Assembly: GCF_003367075.2 (NCBI RefSeq)
Contig: NZ_CP065936.1
Span: 3,600,001 to 3,632,000, forward strand
From: Cylindrospermopsis raciborskii Cr2010
GTDB lineage: Bacteria; Cyanobacteriota; Cyanobacteriia; Cyanobacteriales; Nostocaceae
DNA: 32,000 bases
Direction: 5' to 3'
The notes under the pieces are model-generated. The model was not told where the DNA came from. It saw only the letters and a program-made list of their open reading frames with translations, and did no database searches. Positions 27,046-32,000 of this stretch are shown piece by piece. Each line of letters begins with the position of its first letter. Positions within the stretch are counted from its first letter, which is position 1. The translations under genes were made by a program, and so were the position numbers.

Positions 27046-28679
27046 CTGAATCCCTATTGAATATTCAAAATCTCTGTGTAGCTTATCCTCAAGATTATGA
27101 CCAAACTCCAATCTGGGCGGTTAATGATGTATCCTTTAGTCTAAAACCAGGAGAAAAGATTGGTTTGGTGGGTGAGTCTGGTTGTGGTAAATCTACTATT
27201 GGTCGGGCAATTATGCGATTATTGCCTGACCATAGTCGGGTTCAAGGTCAGGTAAATTTTCGTGAGAGTTCGGTGTTAAATTTAACTCCTGCTCAAATGC
27301 GACAGTTTCGAGGTGAAGCGGTGGCTTTGGTGTTTCAAGATCCTATGACCAGGTTAGACCCACTAATGACTATTAGTGAACACTGTTTGGAAACCTTGGC
27401 TGCACATTCACCACAACTGACTAAAAAACAAGCTAAGGAAAGAGTTTTGGCTACCTTAGAAAAAGTAAAAATTCCTGGAAGTCGTTGGAGTCAGTACCCC
27501 CATGAGTTTAGTGGAGGAATGCGTCAAAGAGTAGCTATTGCTTTAGCTTTGTTACTCAATCCCAAGTTAATTATTGCGGATGAACCAACAACTAGTTTAG
27601 ACGTAACTGTTTCTGCCCAGATTTTACAAGAACTAACTAGACTGTGTGCAGAAGATAATATGGGCTTGTTGTTGATTTCCCATGATTTAGCAATGGTAGC
27701 AGAATACTGCGATCGCATTGGGGTGATGTACCAGGGTAAAATAGTGGAAATGGGTAAAACAGAGAGTGTATTTAAACAACCACAGCATGAATACACCCAA
27801 TCTTTATTAAGAGCAGCTCTACACATTCAGCAAGAACCAGTAGGTGTGGGAGAAGAGGAGAAAAAAGAAAATCCCATCCTTAAAATCACAGAATTACAAC
27901 AGTATTATAGTATAGAGCCGAATTTTCTAGAGCGATTATTTCAGAGTCAACAGCAAACAATCAAAGCAGTAGATGGCATTAACCTAGAATTATATCCAGG
28001 AGAGATATTAGGTCTGGTGGGAGAGTCAGGTTGTGGTAAAAGTACCCTATCTAGAACCATTTTACAATTGATTCCTCCCACGGGTGGAAAAGTGGAATTT
28101 TTAGGGCAAGAATTAACCAGATTATCCCGTGAAGAAGTTCGCAGTTTCCGCAGGGAAATTCAAATGATATTTCAAGATCCCCATGCTTGTTTAAATCCAG
28201 CTATGACCGTGGGAGAAAGTATAGCAGATCCCCTATTAATTCACAAAATAGCCCGTGGAAAACAGGCCGAAGAAGAGGTTGTATGGATGTTAGAAAAAGT
28301 GGGGTTAACTCCTTGGCAAACTTATTATCGCCGTTATCCAGCAGATTTATCGGGGGGACAACAACAACGGGTAGCCATAGCGCGAGCTTTGATTACCCGC
28401 CCTAAATTAGTGATCTGTGATGAACCTGTGAGTATGTTGGATGCTAGTGTCCAAACCCAGGTTTTGGATTTAATGTTACAATTAAAGGCGGAATTTGACC
28501 TAACTTACCTATTTATTACCCATGACTTATGGTTGGCTAGGTTTTTGTGCGATCGCATTGCTGTAATGAATAGTGGTAAAATAGTAGAGTTAGGAAAAAC
28601 GAAGGAGATATTTTCCCATCCCCAGCATCCTTACACCCAAACTCTGTTGGGTGCTGCACCATTATTAGCTAGGGTTTAA
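27042..28679 (+). CDS. ABC transporter ATP-binding protein with two fused ATPase domains (Dpp/Opp D-F type)
   Basis: 545 aa. Two Walker A motifs (GESGCGKST twice), two signature motifs (FSGGMRQR, LSGGQQQR) and two Walker B motifs (IIADEPTT, VICDEPVS). Confidence 0.85.
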   Translation: MTESLLNIQNLCVAYPQDYDQTPIWAVNDVSFSLKPGEKIGLVGESGCGKSTIGRAIMRLLPDHSRVQGQVNFRESSVLNLTPAQMRQFRGEAVALVFQDPMTRLDPLMTISEHCLETLAAHSPQLTKKQAKERVLATLEKVKIPGSRWSQYPHEFSGGMRQRVAIALALLLNPKLIIADEPTTSLDVTVSAQILQELTRLCAEDNMGLLLISHDLAMVAEYCDRIGVMYQGKIVEMGKTESVFKQPQHEYTQSLLRAALHIQQEPVGVGEEEKKENPILKITELQQYYSIEPNFLERLFQSQQQTIKAVDGINLELYPGEILGLVGESGCGKSTLSRTILQLIPPTGGKVEFLGQELTRLSREEVRSFRREIQMIFQDPHACLNPAMTVGESIADPLLIHKIARGKQAEEEVVWMLEKVGLTPWQTYYRRYPADLSGGQQQRVAIARALITRPKLVICDEPVSMLDASVQTQVLDLMLQLKAEFDLTYLFITHDLWLARFLCDRIAVMNSGKIVELGKTKEIFSHPQHPYTQTLLGAAPLLARV

Positions 28680-28697
28680 TTAAGTTACGGAGAAATC

Positions 28698-29420
28698 ATG
28701 TCTAAAAATTCACTCTCCCATATTTTTAAAAACAGCTATTCTGCGGACAAATGGCAACAGAGAATAGAACAGGTAGCTCATCGATTCAATCAAGAATATC
28801 AAAATCAACCCTTTGAACTACCAGAGGAAATCAAACAAATGTCCATTTATCAAGAATGGAAAAGTGGGATCCTATCATCAAAAATTGCCACCCCGTTTTG
28901 GGAAATTGCCCAACCTCAAAAAAATCAACACTGTTTAGATATTGGTTGCGGAGTTAGTTTTTTAATATATCCTTGGCGAGATTGGCAAGCATATTTCCAC
29001 GGACAGGAAATTAGCAATATAGCCAGGGATGCTTTAAATTCTCGGGGTTCCCAATTAAATTCTAAGCTGTTTAAGGGTGTGGAATTAGGAGCAGCTCATT
29101 GTTTGGAATATGATGCAGCACAGTTTGATTTAGTCATTGCTACAGGATTTAGTTATTACTTTCCTTTGGAATATTGGCAATTGGTACTGGAGGAGGTAAA
29201 ACGGGTCTTAAAACCTGGTGGAAATTTTGTCTTTGACACTATCAATTCAGTTCAACCAGTAGCAGAAGATTGGGCAGTTTTGGAAACCTATTTAGGCACG
29301 GAGGTGTTTTTAGAAACTACCAGCGACTGGAAAAAAACTATTAAATCCCAAGGAGGTAAAATAGTGAAGGAACAATTAAATGTAGGGGAAATAATAGCCT
29401 TATATAAGGTGAGATTTTGA
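28698..29420 (+). CDS. class I SAM-dependent methyltransferase
   Basis: 240 aa with motif I LDIGCGVSF and LKPGGNFVFD. Confidence 0.65.
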   Translation: MSKNSLSHIFKNSYSADKWQQRIEQVAHRFNQEYQNQPFELPEEIKQMSIYQEWKSGILSSKIATPFWEIAQPQKNQHCLDIGCGVSFLIYPWRDWQAYFHGQEISNIARDALNSRGSQLNSKLFKGVELGAAHCLEYDAAQFDLVIATGFSYYFPLEYWQLVLEEVKRVLKPGGNFVFDTINSVQPVAEDWAVLETYLGTEVFLETTSDWKKTIKSQGGKIVKEQLNVGEIIALYKVRF

Positions 29421-29448
29421 ACCTAAACCTGAATCTACCCCTAACCGG

Positions 29449-29541
29449 GTGAGTGGAATTAAACATGAACGTAGGTTGGGTTGAGGAACGAAACCCCCCA
29501 CGGGTTACCCTACCACTAACCCATCCTACAAATAATTGTGC
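29449..29541 (+). repeat. solo, inverted copy of the array spacer element (dispersed cyanobacterial repeat, MITE-like)
   Basis: The reverse complement reads gcacaatta..gtaggatgggttagtggtagggtaacccgtgggggg...caacccaacctacgttcat..tttaattccactcac. This aligns with the array spacer element over about 90 bp. It lies just downstream of the 28698-29420 gene. Confidence 0.7.
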
Positions 29542-29752
29542 CTCCCTACTTACTATCAAATAGTAGACCCTCTTCTACAAAATATGGGTTAAAAATAATT
29601 CCTAGGATAGATGGGTTAACTGGGTACTTAACATTCAATTATTTTGAATTATAAAGACATGATTGAACCGGGATTTTTGACCGGATTTGAACACATGTAA
29701 GTTGATGTTGTTAATCAGTACTGTTGACCGATTTATCAAAGGAGATTTTTAG

Positions 29753-30934
29753 GTGGAAGATATAAGTACAAAATCAGTATTAAATTCCGCTTCTATCCTC
29801 ACCGTCGGGAGCGGTTGGTTCCCTACCACACCAGGGGGAATGGAAAGGTATATTTATGAACTAATTGATAAATTGGCTATTAACCAAGACCAGATTGAAT
29901 TATGCGGAGTTGGTCTACCTGAACAAGAGGATATATCTATTGCCAATATTAGGTTACGTAATCTCGCATCTCCCCATAGCAAGATTTGGCAAAGATTATG
30001 GTCTATTCGCAGTAGCTTTCGACAAATTAACCTCAATCACTTTGATGCAGTTAACTTACACTTTGCATTGTATAGCTTTCCTATTTTAGATCTTTTACCC
30101 AAGAGATTGCCAATTACATTTAATTTCCATGGTCCATGGGCCGCTGAAAGTCAAGAGGAACTATTAAATAAACAACTGACTATTTGGATCAAGCAACACT
30201 TGGTGGAAAAAAATACCTATAACCAATGCGATCGCTTTATAGTTTTAAGTCGAGCTTTTGGGAACATTTTACATCAACAGTATGAGGTTCCCTGGGAAAA
30301 AATACATGTTATTCCTGGGGGAGTAGATGTGAAACATTTTAAAAATAATTTATCCCGTTTAGCAGCGAGAGAACAACTGGGTTGGCCAACTGAAAGACAG
30401 ATATTATTTACCTCTCGTCGTCTAGTACATCGTATGGGAATTGATAAACTCTTGACAGCAATAGCAAAAATTAAGCCTGTAGTTCCAGATATTTGGTTAG
30501 CTATTGCTGGAAGGGGACATATACAAACTTCTCTGGAGAAACAAGTGGTGGAATTGGGATTGGAAAATCAAGTCAGATTTTTAGGATTTTTACCAGATCA
30601 ACAGTTACCTATAGCCTACCAAGCAGCTGATTTGACTGTGATGCCAAGTCAATCTTTTGAAGGTTTTGGACTGGCAATTCTAGAGTCTTTGGCTTGTGGA
30701 ACTCCTGTTTTATGTACTCCTGTGGGGGGAATGCCAGAAATTTTACAACCCTTTACACCTGAGTTAATTACTGATTCCATCGCGGTTGATAGTCTTGCTA
30801 ATAAATTGCAGGAAGTAATGTTAGCAAAGATTGTTTTACCCTCTAGGGAAGAATGTAGAAATTATGCTGCTGAAAACTATGATTGGACTAATATTGCTCA
30901 AAGGGTGAGACAAGTAATTGTATTCCATAAATAA
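29753..30934 (+). CDS. glycosyltransferase family 4
   Basis: 393 aa. GTG start 7 nt after an aggag. The C-terminal EGFGLAILESLACGTPV motif is GT4/GT-B. Confidence 0.8.
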   Translation: MEDISTKSVLNSASILTVGSGWFPTTPGGMERYIYELIDKLAINQDQIELCGVGLPEQEDISIANIRLRNLASPHSKIWQRLWSIRSSFRQINLNHFDAVNLHFALYSFPILDLLPKRLPITFNFHGPWAAESQEELLNKQLTIWIKQHLVEKNTYNQCDRFIVLSRAFGNILHQQYEVPWEKIHVIPGGVDVKHFKNNLSRLAAREQLGWPTERQILFTSRRLVHRMGIDKLLTAIAKIKPVVPDIWLAIAGRGHIQTSLEKQVVELGLENQVRFLGFLPDQQLPIAYQAADLTVMPSQSFEGFGLAILESLACGTPVLCTPVGGMPEILQPFTPELITDSIAVDSLANKLQEVMLAKIVLPSREECRNYAAENYDWTNIAQRVRQVIVFHK

Positions 30935-30941
30935 GATAATT

Positions 30942-32000
30942 ATGAAGATTCTATTTTTAGACCAAAGTGGTAAACCAGGTGGTGCAGAGTTATGTCTATT
31001 AGATATTGCTAAACCTTTTGGTGATAGTTGTTTAGTGGGTTTATTTGCTGATGGTGATTTTAGAAAGCTATTAGAAAGCTATCAAATTCCTGTGGAGGTT
31101 TTAACAACTCAAAGTATTCCTATTAGAAAGAAAAGTAGTTTTTTATCTAGCTTGATTGGTATACAACACATTATCCCTCTTATTAATGCAGTTATTTGCC
31201 ATGCTAAAAACTATGATTTAATCTATGCTAACACCCAAAAGGCTTTAGTTGTAGGAGCAATTGCTAGTTTTTTGACTCGTGTCCCCTTGGTTTACCATCT
31301 ACATGATATTTTGTCTTTAGAACATTTTAGTCACATTAACTTACAAATCGCTGTTAATTTTGCCAATAGGTTTGCATCTTTAGTGATTGCTAACTCTCAA
31401 TCTAGTAAGGACGCATTTATTCAAGCCGGCGGAATCTCTAAACTGGTAGAAGTTGTATATAATGGATTTGATACGAAAAACTATCAAGTGTCAGAATATC
31501 AAACCCAGCAAATACGAAACACTTTAGCAGTAGAGAATAAATTTGTCATTGGACATTTCAGTAGGTTATCTCCATGGAAGGGACAGCATATTCTGATAGA
31601 AGCATTAGCCCATGTTCCAGACAATATCATAGCTATTCTGGTGGGAGATGCTTTATTTGGGGAACATGAGTATGTTCGGGAATTACACCAAAAAGTTCAT
31701 CACCTACAATTGGAACACCGAGTTAAATTTTTAGGCTTTCGTCAGGATATACCACAATTAATGTCAGCTTGTGATTTAATCACCCATACATCCATTGCAC
31801 CTGAACCTTTTGGAAGAGTTATTGTGGAAGGTATGCTCTGTGGTAAAATAGTCATCGCAGCTAAATCTGGAGGAGCTGTAGAACTAATAGAAAATGGCAC
31901 AAATGGTTTTTTAGTTACACCTAATCAACCTCATGAGTTGGCAAGTATAATTAAATATTGTTTTGACCAACAACAACAAATCCAAAATATTGCTAGTTAT
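30942..32000 (+). CDS. glycosyltransferase family 4 (3' end outside window)
   Basis: Not in the ORF track because no stop is reached. ATG at 30942, and the frame is open for 353 codons to the window end. My translation gives MKILFLDQSGKPGGAELCLL... and EPFGRVIVEGMLCGKIVIAAKSGGAVELIENGTNGFLV (GT4 motif). Confidence 0.8.
   Translation, partial: MKILFLDQSGKPGGAELCLLDIAKPFGDSCLVGLFADGDFRKLLESYQIPVEVLTTQSIPIRKKSSFLSSLIGIQHIIPLINAVICHAKNYDLIYANTQKALVVGAIASFLTRVPLVYHLHDILSLEHFSHINLQIAVNFANRFASLVIANSQSSKDAFIQAGGISKLVEVVYNGFDTKNYQVSEYQTQQIRNTLAVENKFVIGHFSRLSPWKGQHILIEALAHVPDNIIAILVGDALFGEHEYVRELHQKVHHLQLEHRVKFLGFRQDIPQLMSACDLITHTSIAPEPFGRVIVEGMLCGKIVIAAKSGGAVELIENGTNGFLVTPNQPHELASIIKYCFDQQQQIQNIASY

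Noticed and set aside
29341-29559. 72-aa minus-strand ORF (…VGWVSGRVTRGGFRSSTQPT…)
   Set aside because: It overlaps the 3' end of the methyltransferase gene and is otherwise a read-through of the dispersed hairpin repeat. This is a typical spurious ORF generated by this repeat family.

Overview
AT-rich cyanobacterial (Nostocales-like) chromosomal window with 11 HIP1 GCGATCGC sites by eye. No database search was possible, so all family names come from motif recognition and memory.
(1) 1-7.4 kb: a restriction-modification/defence-like gene pair. It comprises a 5'-truncated type ISP/IIG-like N6-adenine methyltransferase and a 1419-aa PLD-nuclease/IPT-TIG/SNF2-helicase fusion. The pair is split by a 371-bp insertion flanked by 71-bp direct repeats, which creates a chimeric antitoxin-like ORF.
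(2) ~7.5-15.2 kb, minus strand: the stand-out feature. This is a head-to-tail tandem array of seven intact, near-identical units (980-1173 bp) plus one internally deleted remnant. Each unit holds one gene for a coiled-coil + PD-(D/E)XK-like nuclease-fold protein (DUF3782-like by recollection) and a 263/264-bp spacer with a double-hairpin dispersed repeat. All unit-length differences among copies B-G are explained exactly by in-frame 21-bp (7-aa) and 33-bp (11-aa) modules. All seven genes have a different module string. Edge copies keep ancestral variants while interior copies are homogenised and mosaic.
(3) 15.3-32 kb: ordinary housekeeping genes. These are SAM methyltransferases, a lipoprotein, ssb, pmbA/tldD, a thiO-thiG fusion, cimA, a zinc-ribbon membrane protein coupled to a double ABC ATPase, and two GT4 glycosyltransferases. 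One inverted solo copy of the array's spacer repeat lies at ~29.45-29.54 kb.
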